Counted from the first letter of the stretch, positions 15,937 to 24,930 are shown. The stretch: 64,000 bases of DNA from Solirubrobacterales bacterium (GCA_035760065.1 DASTTQ010000016.1:57071-121070), one strand, 5' to 3'. The notes: generated from the sequence alone by a model not told the origin. Made by a program: numbers and translations.

Positions 15937-18405
15937 GTGCGGGCGCTCGGCGCCGATCCCGGCCTCGGCCTCAGCGAGGACGAGGCGAAGAGGCGCTTCG
16001 CCGAGTTCGGCCCGAACCTGCTCGCCCGCCATCGACGTCCCCGCTACGCGGAGATGGCGGTGCGTCAGGTCGCCGACCCCCTCGTTGCGTTGCTGCTCGT
16101 CGCGGCTGCGGTCTCGCTGGCGGTCGGCGAGGAGGTGGACGCCATCGTCATCGGCGCAATCGTCCTCCTCAACGGCGCTCTCGGCTTCGGTCAGGAACTG
16201 GGGGCCGAGCGCGCGGTGATCGCGCTGCGCGGCGCGCTGCGCGATACGGCGAGGGTGGTCCGCGAGGGCCGCGAGCGCGAGGTGCCGGCGCGAGAGCTGG
16301 TGCCCGGGGATCTCTTCGTCCTCGAGGAGGGCGAGCGCGTACCGGCGGACGGCCGCCTCGTCCAGGCGGAGAGCCTCGCTGTGGACGAGGCGCCGTTGAC
16401 CGGGGAGTCCGTGCCGGAGGACAAGTCGACGGCGCCGGTCCCGGCGACTACGCCGCTGGCCGACCGCGTTTCCGTCGCCTACGCCGGCACCGCGGTGACC
16501 CGCGGCCACGGAACCGCGGTCGCAATCGCCACGGGGCCCCGGGCCGAGATCGGTCGCCTGTCCGGGATGGCCGCAGCAGCGAAGCCCCCGACCACTCCGC
16601 TGCAGCGCCGCCTGCGGGACCTGACCGGCGCGATGGTGGTGGTCGGAGTCGGCATCACGGTCGTGCTGGCAGGGGTGAGGTTCGCCCAGGGCGCCTCGCT
16701 CGACGACGCCTTTCTCCTCGGCGTTTCCGTCGCCGTCGCGGCGGTGCCGGAGGGGCTGGCGGTGACGGTGACGGCGGCCCTCGCGATCGGCGCCCGGCGG
16801 ATGGCGGCGCGCGGCGCGATCGTCCGCCGGCTTCCCGCGGTGGAGACGCTGGGCAGTGCGACGACGATCGCCTGCGACAAGACCGGGACCTTGACGATCA
16901 ACCGCCTGCGCCTGCGAGCGCTGAGCCCGGCCCCGGACTTCGACGAGCTCGACCTCCTGCGCGCGGCGGCGCTGGCGTCGACGGTGCGGGAGGTCGAGGA
17001 CGAAGAACACGCGGCGGCGGTCGCGGGTGATCCGGTGGACCGGGCGCTGGTCCTGGCCGCCCGCGAGCGGGGCCTCTCCGTCGAGGGCGCTCACCAAGGG
17101 GCCCGCCTCGTCCGCGAGCTGCCGTTCGACCCCGAGCGCAAGCGGATGACGCTGGTCTACCGGCGCGGCGGCGCGGTGACCGCCTATGCGAAGGGAGCGC
17201 CGGAGGCGATGATCGCCGGCGCAAGCAGCGACGGGGACGGGAAGCGAAGCCTGACGGCGCAGGCGGAGGCGTGGGCGCGGGAAGGGCTCCGTGTGCTCGC
17301 GGTCTCGAGCCGCGAGCTACTCAGCGCCGACCTTCCCGACGAGGAGATCGAGCACGAGCAGACGCTCATCGGCCTCGTCGCCCTTCAGGACCCGCTCCGC
17401 GAGACCGCTCCGGCCGCGATCCGCTCGGCGCAAGACGCCGGTCTGCAAGTGCGGATCCTCACCGGCGACCACCGGTCGACTGCCGCAGCAGTAGCTCGCC
17501 AGCTGGACCTTCCCGTCGAGGCGGTGAGCGCGCGCGTCACGCCGGCGGACAAGCTGGGGCTCGTCGAAGCGATGCAGGCGCAGGGCGAGGTCGTCGCGGT
17601 CACCGGCGACGGGGTCAACGACGCTCCCGCGCTGAGGCGCGGCGACGTCGGGGTGGCGATGGGCCGCTCCGGAACCGAGGCGGCGCGGGAGGCCGCCGAC
17701 CTCGTGCTCACCGACGACGACTTCTCCACCATCGTCGCCGCGATCCGCGAGGGGCGGGCGATCGGCGACAACGTGCGCAAGTTCGTCGCCTTCCTGCTCT
17801 CGGCGAACCTCGGTGAGGTGCTGCTGTTCGCGGTCGCCGTTGTGGCGGGCCTCGGGGCGCCGATGACCGTCGTCCAGATCCTCCTCGTCAACGTCCTCAC
17901 CGACGGACTGCCGGCGGTCGCGCTCGCGGACGATCCGCCGTCCCCGGGCGTGATGCATCGCGGCCCTGACCGCGGCGATGTGCTCTTCGGGCGCGCGGGC
18001 CGCGTCGTGCTCGGACTGATCGGGATGGCCGTCGGCGCCGCCGCCCTCGCCGCCTTTCTCATCGGCCGGGAGACGGACGGCACCGCGGTGGCGCAGACGA
18101 TGGCGTTCGCTACCCTGGCGCTGAGCGAGCTGCTGGTCGTGTTCGCCGTCCGCTCGCCGGATCGCCCGGCCTGGCGGGCGCCTCGCAATCGGCTGCTGCT
18201 GCTCGGCGTCGCCGCCTCGGCGGCCTTCCTGGCGCTGGCGCTGTCGCTCCTGCGCGAGCCCTTCGGGACGGCCGCGCTCGGCCTCGCCCAGATCGGAATC
18301 GTGTGTGCGCTGGGCGTCCTGCCGGCGGCTGCGATCGAGGGAGCCAGGGCGCTCCTCGGTCGCTCCGGGATGCAGGAGCTTGCCGGATCGACTCACACCT
18401 CCTAA
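15937..18405 (+). CDS. Cation-transporting P-type ATPase (type II, Ca2+-ATPase-like)
   Basis: Contains the phosphorylation motif CDKTGTLT, the TGES-like LTGES, the hinge TGDGVNDAPAL and PEGL in TM4. N-terminal-domain-like sequence (HALSAAEV) continues in frame upstream of the first canonical start, so the true start is uncertain. Confidence 0.9.
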   Translation: MRALGADPGLGLSEDEAKRRFAEFGPNLLARHRRPRYAEMAVRQVADPLVALLLVAAAVSLAVGEEVDAIVIGAIVLLNGALGFGQELGAERAVIALRGALRDTARVVREGREREVPARELVPGDLFVLEEGERVPADGRLVQAESLAVDEAPLTGESVPEDKSTAPVPATTPLADRVSVAYAGTAVTRGHGTAVAIATGPRAEIGRLSGMAAAAKPPTTPLQRRLRDLTGAMVVVGVGITVVLAGVRFAQGASLDDAFLLGVSVAVAAVPEGLAVTVTAALAIGARRMAARGAIVRRLPAVETLGSATTIACDKTGTLTINRLRLRALSPAPDFDELDLLRAAALASTVREVEDEEHAAAVAGDPVDRALVLAARERGLSVEGAHQGARLVRELPFDPERKRMTLVYRRGGAVTAYAKGAPEAMIAGASSDGDGKRSLTAQAEAWAREGLRVLAVSSRELLSADLPDEEIEHEQTLIGLVALQDPLRETAPAAIRSAQDAGLQVRILTGDHRSTAAAVARQLDLPVEAVSARVTPADKLGLVEAMQAQGEVVAVTGDGVNDAPALRRGDVGVAMGRSGTEAAREAADLVLTDDDFSTIVAAIREGRAIGDNVRKFVAFLLSANLGEVLLFAVAVVAGLGAPMTVVQILLVNVLTDGLPAVALADDPPSPGVMHRGPDRGDVLFGRAGRVVLGLIGMAVGAAALAAFLIGRETDGTAVAQTMAFATLALSELLVVFAVRSPDRPAWRAPRNRLLLLGVAASAAFLALALSLLREPFGTAALGLAQIGIVCALGVLPAAAIEGARALLGRSGMQELAGSTHTS

Positions 18406-18414
18406 GTTGGTCTG

Positions 18415-19755
18415 ATGGCCGATCGTCTTGCCCTGTTCGTCGATCGCCGAGACGCCGGTCGTCGCCTGGCTGGGGCGCTGGAGCCCCTCCGGGGGCATGA
18501 GCTGCTGGTGGTGGCGCTGCCGCGCGGCGGCGTTCCCGTCGCCTTCGAGGTCGCAAAGGCGTTGGTCGCGCCGCTCGACATCCTGCTGGTACGCAAGCTC
18601 GGGGCGCCCTTCCACCCTGAGTACGGCATCGGGGCCATCGCCGAGGGCGGCGTCCGTTTCATCCGTCGCGACGAGGTCGAGATGATCGGCGTTTCCGACG
18701 AGGAGCTGGAGAGGGCTGTCGCGGCGGAGACCACGGAGTTGGAGAGGCGCCAGCGGCTCTACCGCGGCGCCGAAGAGCCTCTCCCGGTCAAGGACCGCAC
18801 GGTGATCCTGGTCGACGACGGGATCGCGACCGGGGGAACTGCCATAGCCGCTGGGCAGGCGCTGAAGGCCCGGGGCGCCGCCAAGGTCGTGCTCGCGGTG
18901 CCCGTCGCCCCGCCGGGCAGCGAGCAGCGCTTAGCCGACGACTTCGACGGAGTCTTCTGCCTCGCAGAACCGCACGGCTTCTCCGGCGTCGGTCAGTTCT
19001 ACGTCGACTTCGGCCAGGTCAGCGACGAGGAGGTCGCCACTCTCTTGGAGCAGGCGCGCATTCCGGGCCAGGCCGCCGCGGTGGAGAATCTCCCGGTGCC
19101 CGCAGACCCGCCGCCGATCGAACGCGCTGTTGAGATCGAGCCTACGCCGGGAGCGCGCGTGGCCGGCGACCTGCGGGTTCCGGATAACGCTGCCGGCCTC
19201 GTGATCTTCGCCCACGGCAGCGGCTCCAGCCGCCGCAGCCCCCGCAACCGCGAGGTCGCCGAAGCGCTCAACGAGGCCGGCTTCGCGACGCTGCTCTTCG
19301 ACCTCCTCACGACCGAGGAGGAACTCGACCGGGCCAACGTCTTCGACATCGGCCTGCTGGCCGAGCGCCTGCTCGCGGTCACCCGCTGGGCGCAGGGCGA
19401 GGAGGGCGTCAAGGAGCTGCCGATCTCCTACTTCGGCGCCTCGACGGGAGCCGCAGCCGCGCTGCGTGCCGCGGCTCGGGTCGGCGCCGACGTCCGCGCC
19501 GTCGTCTCCCGCGGGGGCCGTCCGGACCTGGCGCTGGAGAGCCTGGCGGAAGTCGTCTCTCCGACCCTGCTGATCGTCGGCGGCGCCGACTGGCAGGTGC
19601 TTGCGCTGAACGAAGAGGCGGCCAATCTGCTGCGCTGCGAGCACGAGGTAGCGATCGTCCCCGGCGCCACCCACCTGTTCGAAGAGCCGGGGGCGCTGGA
19701 GCGGGTCGCCGGCCTCGCGGCCGAGTGGTTTTCCCGCCACACCCGCATCGGATGA
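18415..19755 (+). CDS. Two-domain protein: phosphoribosyltransferase domain plus dienelactone-hydrolase-like alpha/beta hydrolase domain
   Basis: PRTase PRPP loop VILVDDGIATGGT. The C-terminal half has LVIFAHGSGSSRRSPRNREVAEAL...YFGASTGAAAAL, typical of DLH-like hydrolases. Confidence 0.8.
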   Translation: MADRLALFVDRRDAGRRLAGALEPLRGHELLVVALPRGGVPVAFEVAKALVAPLDILLVRKLGAPFHPEYGIGAIAEGGVRFIRRDEVEMIGVSDEELERAVAAETTELERRQRLYRGAEEPLPVKDRTVILVDDGIATGGTAIAAGQALKARGAAKVVLAVPVAPPGSEQRLADDFDGVFCLAEPHGFSGVGQFYVDFGQVSDEEVATLLEQARIPGQAAAVENLPVPADPPPIERAVEIEPTPGARVAGDLRVPDNAAGLVIFAHGSGSSRRSPRNREVAEALNEAGFATLLFDLLTTEEELDRANVFDIGLLAERLLAVTRWAQGEEGVKELPISYFGASTGAAAALRAAARVGADVRAVVSRGGRPDLALESLAEVVSPTLLIVGGADWQVLALNEEAANLLRCEHEVAIVPGATHLFEEPGALERVAGLAAEWFSRHTRIG

Positions 19756-19756
19756 C

Positions 19757-20049
19757 TCATTGTCCAGCGCTCCGAGGAGCTTGCTTCAGGACCAAGGTGC
19801 CGAACTTGCAGTCGGTCCCGATCTGCGAATGGCTGAAGAAGAGCGCGCAGGCCCAGACGGTCCGCGACCCGTGGTAGAGCTGTACGCGTACCAGTCGGCA
19901 TGGCAGCCGGTCCGCGTGAGGCCGTAGGTGAGGAGCTGGTAGTCCTCGTCCTCGATGCTCTCGATCCTCAGAGTGAGGATCACCGGCTCGCCGAGCGAGT
20001 GGGTTGCCTTGGTCTCGAGCCGCGATCTCGGAGATGACCTCTTAGGCAT
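19757..20049 (-). pseudogene. Small gene with a probable -1 frameshift (or sequencing indel) near 19885
   Basis: Track ORF 19786..20049 is coding-like with G/C-rich third positions up to ...CHADWYAY. After that, the G/C-rich third positions move to the adjacent frame (QLYHGSRTVWACALFFSHSQIGTDCKFGTLVLKQ..., stop at 19757..19759). Confidence 0.3.
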
Positions 20050-20191
20050 TTAGAAATGCCTTTCTATTCAGGTATCACCGAGGATCTCCCGAGATGCGCG
20101 GTTGTCAATGAGGAAGGACAGCGCAAATTGCGGGGTAAGTCTCAAGCGCTTAGGGTTTCCGGTCGATAGCCGCGGCTCGCTCCCTGACGGC

Positions 20192-21589
20192 TCAGGCCGT
20201 GGCGGCGAGCCCGCCGTCCCGCCGCGAGCGGATGACGACGGTGGCCCCGTGCCGCGGGATCATCGTCACGTTGCGGTGGAGGGCGCGCTCCGGGCCGGGG
20301 TCGGCGGCCTCGAGATCTAGGCGGCGGGCCATCGCCTCGAGGACGACGCGCTGCTCGGCCATCGCCAGGGCGGCGCCGAGGCAGCGGCGGATGCCGCCGC
20401 CGAAGGGCAGCCACTCGTAGGTGCCGGGCTTGCGGTCGAGCCAGCGCTCGGGCCGGAAGGCGAAGGGCTCGGGGTAGAGGTCCTCGCGGTGGTGGAGAAG
20501 GAGGATGCTGATCAGGACCGGGGTGTTGGCCGGCACCGCGTAGTCGCCGAGGCGCCAGGGCAGCTTGACGCGGCGGCCGACGATCGGCACCACCGGCCGC
20601 GAGCGCATCGTCTCGGTGATCGTCGCCTCGATCGCCTCCTCCGCCCCCTCGCCGGAGCGGACGGCCCCGATCAGCCACTCGTGGGCATCCGGGGTGCGGA
20701 CGAGCCGCTCCCAGGCCCAGGCCAGCGAGTTCGCGGTCGTCTCGTGACCGGCCAGCACCAGGGTCAGCAGCTCGTCGCGGATTTCGGCGTCGGTCAGCGG
20801 CTCGCCCTCCTCCCCGCGCGCCTGCAGCAGCAGCGAGAGGATGTCGCGGCGCTCGCCGAGGTCCTCCCGGCGCCGGGTTTCGATCACCGCGTCCATGCGC
20901 CGGTCGAGCAAGGCCCGTCCGAGTCGGGTGATGCCGACCGGCTCCTCGCGGCGGACGTTCATCAGCTCGGCGACCTGGGCGATCGGCTTGGTCGAGAGCG
21001 CGACCAGCCGCTTGATCGTCGCGCGCAGCCGCCCCTCGGCGCTCCGCGGCGCCGGCCGGCCTTCGATCCCGAAGATGCCGGCCATGATCACGTCGAGCGT
21101 GATCGCCTGCATGCGCGGGGCCAGCGCGAAGGGCCGGCCCAGCGGCCAGCTGTCGATCTCCCGCTCGGCGGCGGCGGCGATCGCCGCCGTGTAGTGCTGG
21201 ATCGCCTCGCCGTGGAACGGCGGCAGCAGCAGCTTGCGCTGGCGCATGTGGCGCTCGCCGAGCGAGGTCAGCACCGAGTCCGGCCCGACGATCGGCCGCA
21301 GCGGCGACTCGGCCGCCAGCGACGGCGCCTCCTCCGGCTTCGCGGTGAAGAGCGAGCGCGCGTCCTCGGGCAGACTGGTCACCACCAGCGGCAGCGGTTC
21401 GGGCGTCTGCAGGGCGAAGACGTCGCCCAGCCGCCGCCGAGCCCCGAAGACGAACTCGATCTGGCGCTGGTTGAAGCGCAGCAGCTGGACCGGCTGCGGC
21501 ATCCGCACGATCGGCGGCGCCGGCAGCCCGGTGGCCTCCTCGGATGCGAGGGGGCCACTCCGCAGCGTCGCGGTCTCCACGGCGCCCAC
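20192..21589 (-). CDS. Cytochrome P450
   Basis: Heme-binding loop FGGGIRRCLGAALA, EXXR (ETMR) and I-helix LAGHETT are present. The gene starts 10 nt after the ethA-like stop. Confidence 0.9.
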   Translation of the reverse strand: MGAVETATLRSGPLASEEATGLPAPPIVRMPQPVQLLRFNQRQIEFVFGARRRLGDVFALQTPEPLPLVVTSLPEDARSLFTAKPEEAPSLAAESPLRPIVGPDSVLTSLGERHMRQRKLLLPPFHGEAIQHYTAAIAAAAEREIDSWPLGRPFALAPRMQAITLDVIMAGIFGIEGRPAPRSAEGRLRATIKRLVALSTKPIAQVAELMNVRREEPVGITRLGRALLDRRMDAVIETRRREDLGERRDILSLLLQARGEEGEPLTDAEIRDELLTLVLAGHETTANSLAWAWERLVRTPDAHEWLIGAVRSGEGAEEAIEATITETMRSRPVVPIVGRRVKLPWRLGDYAVPANTPVLISILLLHHREDLYPEPFAFRPERWLDRKPGTYEWLPFGGGIRRCLGAALAMAEQRVVLEAMARRLDLEAADPGPERALHRNVTMIPRHGATVVIRSRRDGGLAATA

Positions 21590-21599
21590 CGGGTCGGCC

Positions 21600-23117
21600 C
21601 TAGGCGGCGACCTCGACCGCCGCGTCCGGTCGCGGCGCCGCCGCCGGACCCCGCGAGAAGTCGATCTCGTCGTCGATCGGCCCGTGCTTGAAGAGGCGGA
21701 TGTCGCGGGCGTAGTTCTGGTGCAGGCGCCAGGGGTGGGTCTCGCCCTGCATCGGCAGCTGGTCGAGCGCGCGCAGGACGTAGCCGGACTTGAGGTCGAT
21801 GAACGGTTCGCGGGCGAGGGCGGCGCCGGGCTCGCGCGGGGTCGCGACCCGGTAGCCGTGCGCGTCCATGTGGTTGAGCAGGCGGCAGACGTACTGGGAG
21901 ACGAGGTCGCACTTGAGGGTGAACGAGGCGTTGGTGTAGCCGAGGGCGATCGCCAGGTTGGGGACGCCGCCGAACATCGCGCCCTTGTAGCCGACCAGCT
22001 TCGCGGGCTCCTTGCGCTCGCCGTCGACGGTGAGCTCGATTCCCCCCAGCACCAGCAGGTTGAGCCCGGTCGCGGTGACGATGACGTCGGCCTCCAGCTC
22101 GCGGCCCGAGGCCAGCCGGATCCCCTTCTCGGTGAAGGTCTCGATCGTGTCGGTGACGACGTCGGCGCGGCCGGAGCGGATCGCCTCGAAGAGATCGCCG
22201 CCGGGAACGAGGCAGACGCGCTCGTCCCAGGGGTTGTAGCGCGGTTCGAAGTCGCGGTCGACGTCGTAGCCCGCCGGCAGCTGGCGCTCCACCCCGCGCC
22301 GGATCAGCCTGCGGGTGAAGCGCGGCGCCCGGCGCGAGAGCTGGTAGAAGGCCATCTGCATGAGGACGTTCTTCCAGCGGACGATCGAGTAGACGGCCCT
22401 GGCGGGCAGCACCCGGCGCAGCGCCTTGGCGATCGGGTCCTGGCCCGGCAGGGTGACGACGTAGCCCGGCGAGCGCTGCAGCATCGTTATGTGCTCGGTC
22501 TCGGACGCCATCGCCGGGATCAGCGTCACGGCGGTGGCGCCGCTGCCGATCACGACCACGCGCTTGCCGCGGTAGTCGAGGTCCTCGGGCCAGTGCTGGG
22601 GATGGACGATCTCGCCCTGGAACCGCTCGCTGCCCGGGAACTGGGGCGAGAAGCCCTCGTCGTAGCGGTAGTAGCCGGTGCAGCCGTAGAAGAAGTCGCA
22701 GGTCAGCTCGACCGTTTCGCCCCCGTGCTCGGCGCGGACGGTCCACAGCGCGTCCTCGCTCGACCACGCGGCGGAGAGGACCCTGTGGCCGAAGCGGATG
22801 TGATCCTCGACCCGGTACTCGCGCGCGGTCTCGCGGATGTAGCTGCGGATCTTCTCGCCGGCGGCGATCGAGTCCTCGTCGCGCCAGGGCTTGAAGGAGT
22901 AGCCGAGGGTGAACATGTCGGAGTCCGAGCGGATGCCCGGGTAGCGGAAGAGGTCCCAGGTGCCGCCGATCGCCTCGCGCGACTCGAGGATCGCGTAGCT
23001 CTTGCCGGGGCAGTTCCGCTGCAGGTGCGCACCGGCGCCGATGCCGGAGAGGCCGGCGCCGACGATCAGGACGTCGAAGTGCTCACGGGGCGTGGGGCCT
23101 CCTCGGGACTGGCTCAC
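21600..23117 (-). CDS. ethA: FAD-dependent Baeyer-Villiger monooxygenase, EthA-like
   Basis: GTG start. FAD motif VLIVGAGLSGIGAG, BVMO fingerprint FQGEIVHPQHWPEDLDYRGKRV and second Rossmann motif VVIGSGATAV are present. Long stretches match M. tuberculosis EthA as I recall it (KSYAILE.RE..GGTWDLFRYPGIRSDSDM, YNPWD.R.CLVP.GDLF.AIR, GYTNAS.TLK.DLVS..VCRLLN.MD). Confidence 0.9.
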   Translation of the reverse strand: MSQSRGGPTPREHFDVLIVGAGLSGIGAGAHLQRNCPGKSYAILESREAIGGTWDLFRYPGIRSDSDMFTLGYSFKPWRDEDSIAAGEKIRSYIRETAREYRVEDHIRFGHRVLSAAWSSEDALWTVRAEHGGETVELTCDFFYGCTGYYRYDEGFSPQFPGSERFQGEIVHPQHWPEDLDYRGKRVVVIGSGATAVTLIPAMASETEHITMLQRSPGYVVTLPGQDPIAKALRRVLPARAVYSIVRWKNVLMQMAFYQLSRRAPRFTRRLIRRGVERQLPAGYDVDRDFEPRYNPWDERVCLVPGGDLFEAIRSGRADVVTDTIETFTEKGIRLASGRELEADVIVTATGLNLLVLGGIELTVDGERKEPAKLVGYKGAMFGGVPNLAIALGYTNASFTLKCDLVSQYVCRLLNHMDAHGYRVATPREPGAALAREPFIDLKSGYVLRALDQLPMQGETHPWRLHQNYARDIRLFKHGPIDDEIDFSRGPAAAPRPDAAVEVAA

Positions 23118-23193
23118 GGGCCAACTGTATCAACACCGTGTCGAGAGGGTCAACTACTTGTCGAATTCGTCGACGCTGTGTATCGTGAGGGCG
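23118..23193. promoter_or_regulatory. Divergent ethA-like/ethR-like intergenic control region (76 bp)
   Basis: The spacer lies between GTG 23117(-) and ATG 23194(+). It is AT-richer and has reiterated GTCGA/GTCAA and TGTATC elements (gtatcaacaccgtgtcgagagggtcaactacttgtcgaattcgtcgacgctgtgtatcg). No operator is defined. The call rests on analogy with the mycobacterial ethA-ethR spacer. Confidence 0.35.
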
Positions 23194-23853
23194 ATGGCAA
23201 CCGCCGCCAAAGCCACTCCTGCCGCCAACGGACGCGGACGCCGCGGCGTCCGCACCAGCGGCGACGACCGCGAGCGGGCGATCCTCGATACCGCCGAGGG
23301 GCTGCTCGAGGAGCGGCCGCTGAGCGAGATCTCGGTCGACGACCTCGCCAAGGGCGCGGGCATCTCCCGCCCCACCTTCTACTTCTACTTCCCCTCCAAG
23401 GACGCGGTGGTGCTGACGATCATCGACCGCCTCGTCGCCGCCACCGCCGACAGCCGCGAGGAGGCGCTGAAGATGCTCGCCGCGGGCGAGCCGCGGGCGG
23501 GGCTGCGCCAGGCTCTCGAAGACCTCTACGGAGCCTTCCGCTCGCGCCGCGCCGTCTCCCTCGCCGCCGCCGAACTGCGGATGACCAATCCCGAGGCGCG
23601 TGAGCTCTGGTCGCAGGTGATGGAGGGCTGGGTCGCCGACACCGCCGCCGTGATCGAAGCCGAGCGCGCCCGCGGCGCCGCCCCAGACGGCCAGCCCGCC
23701 CGCGACCTCGCGATCGCCCTCGTGCAGATGAACGAGCGGGTCCAGTACGCGGCCTTCACCGGCGAGTCCCCCTCGCTCGACGAGGACCGCGTCCTCGACG
23801 TCCTCGTCGACATCTGGCTGCGGGCGATCTACGGCACCGCCGAGCCGAGCTGA
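23194..23853 (+). CDS. ethR: TetR-family repressor, EthR-like
   Basis: GRRGVRTSGDDRERAILDTAEGLLEERPLSEISVDDLAKGAGISRPTFYFYFPSKDAVVLTIIDRL closely parallels M. tuberculosis EthR as I recall it. The start is taken at ATG 23194 inside track ORF 23002..23853. Confidence 0.9.
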   Translation: MATAAKATPAANGRGRRGVRTSGDDRERAILDTAEGLLEERPLSEISVDDLAKGAGISRPTFYFYFPSKDAVVLTIIDRLVAATADSREEALKMLAAGEPRAGLRQALEDLYGAFRSRRAVSLAAAELRMTNPEARELWSQVMEGWVADTAAVIEAERARGAAPDGQPARDLAIALVQMNERVQYAAFTGESPSLDEDRVLDVLVDIWLRAIYGTAEPS

Positions 23854-24280
23854 CCGCGAGTCCGCGATAACGGGCGTACTACGACCTTTTTCGCGGACTC
23901 GCGTTTCCCAGGCCGCGATTTCCTCGGTTTGCCGCACTCATGGAGGGGTATCCGGCGGGAGCGGCACCGGCCCGGATCCCAGCGGCTTTCCACCGAGCCC
24001 GACTCGGTTCCCGCTTGGGTGAGAAGACCAACCGCTTGAGCGGCGAGGCGTCCGGGCTCGGTGCTGGTCCTTTGTCCACAGTTGCCGTGACCTTCGGCCT
24101 GCCCCGCTACCACGCCCGGAAGGACGAAGAAGCCCCAGCGCGTAGGGGTGGGTTGACCCGCCCGCGTCGCTCTCCCCCCTGCGCCGTCGTGAAGAGCGCC
24201 GCGAGCATCCATTCCTGCTGATTTGCCCGCATTGGAATGGGTATCTGAGCCAAGAGGGACACCCGCGAGGAGAGAGGCCG

Positions 24281-24808
24281 ATGGCTCAGACCCAAACCAA
24301 ACCCAAAGCGAAAAAGCGGTCCGCGCCGAAACGCGCGAAACCGTCGACGAAACCGAAATCGAGCGCGAAATCAGCGAAACCGAAAGCGGCGAAAAAAGCC
24401 GCGCAGCCGAAAAGCGCGAGCTCGAAAACCGGCGCGAAAGCGCCGAGCTCGAACGGCGCGAGCGCCAGCAACGGCGCCGGCCCGATGAGGACCGTCGGCA
24501 GAGTCGCCGGCAAAGCGAAGGTGCCCCTCGTCGCAGGCGGGGCCGCCCTCGTCGGAGCCGCCGGCGGGATGGCGCTCGCAGCGAGCAAAGGCGCCGGCAG
24601 GAGCAGCGTCGCCAAGGCGATGGCCCGCCGGCCGAAGATCAAGATCAAGTCGGGGGACGTGGCGAAGGCAGCCAAAGAGGTGGGGAACTTCAGCGCGCAG
24701 GTGGGCGAGCTCACCACCGAGCTTCAGCGCGCTCGAGAGTCGGCGAACGGCTGGAAGCACCGCTCGCCGGTAGAGGTCGTCCTACAGGGGCTCACCGCGA
24801 GGCGCTAG
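24281..24808 (+). CDS. Hypothetical protein with a Lys/Ala/Pro/Ser-rich basic N-terminal tail
   Basis: GAGGAGAGAGG lies 5 nt upstream of the ATG. Third positions are G/C-rich apart from the AAA lysine codons. N-terminus: MAQTQTKPKAKKRSAPKRAKPSTKPKSSAKSAKPKAAKKAAQPKSASSKTGAKAP, then a Gly/Ala hydrophobic segment. The overlapping frame 24223..24831 was rejected. Confidence 0.6.
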   Translation: MAQTQTKPKAKKRSAPKRAKPSTKPKSSAKSAKPKAAKKAAQPKSASSKTGAKAPSSNGASASNGAGPMRTVGRVAGKAKVPLVAGGAALVGAAGGMALAASKGAGRSSVAKAMARRPKIKIKSGDVAKAAKEVGNFSAQVGELTTELQRARESANGWKHRSPVEVVLQGLTARR

Positions 24809-24930
24809 TCGGGCTGGCCCGCAGGCCCTGAGGACAGACGGCTGCGACCGCGCGTACGGGACGCGCGGTCGCCGGCCCTCAACCCTGCTGTTTGCTCCCG
24901 ATGTCGTCTTTGTCCTCGCCGGCGTCGAGG

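Noticed and set aside
23940-24130. Motifs faintly resembling RNase P RNA (GAGGCGTCCGGGCTCG) or SRP RNA (CCCGGAAGGACGAAG)
   Set aside because: Only one short box of each is present. The other conserved regions (for example the GGTAAGAGC-type and ACAGAA.CCGGCTTA-type boxes of RNase P RNA, and the paired SRP domain IV loops) are absent on either strand.
24223-24831. E/R-rich 202-aa ORF overlapping the Lys-rich gene, and antisense ORFs 24286..24717 and 24371..24760
   Set aside because: They have no ribosome-binding site. The G/C-rich third-position pattern and the GAGGAGAGAGG site support the 24281 frame. The E/R repeats are a by-product of the AAA/GCG/CCG codon repeats.
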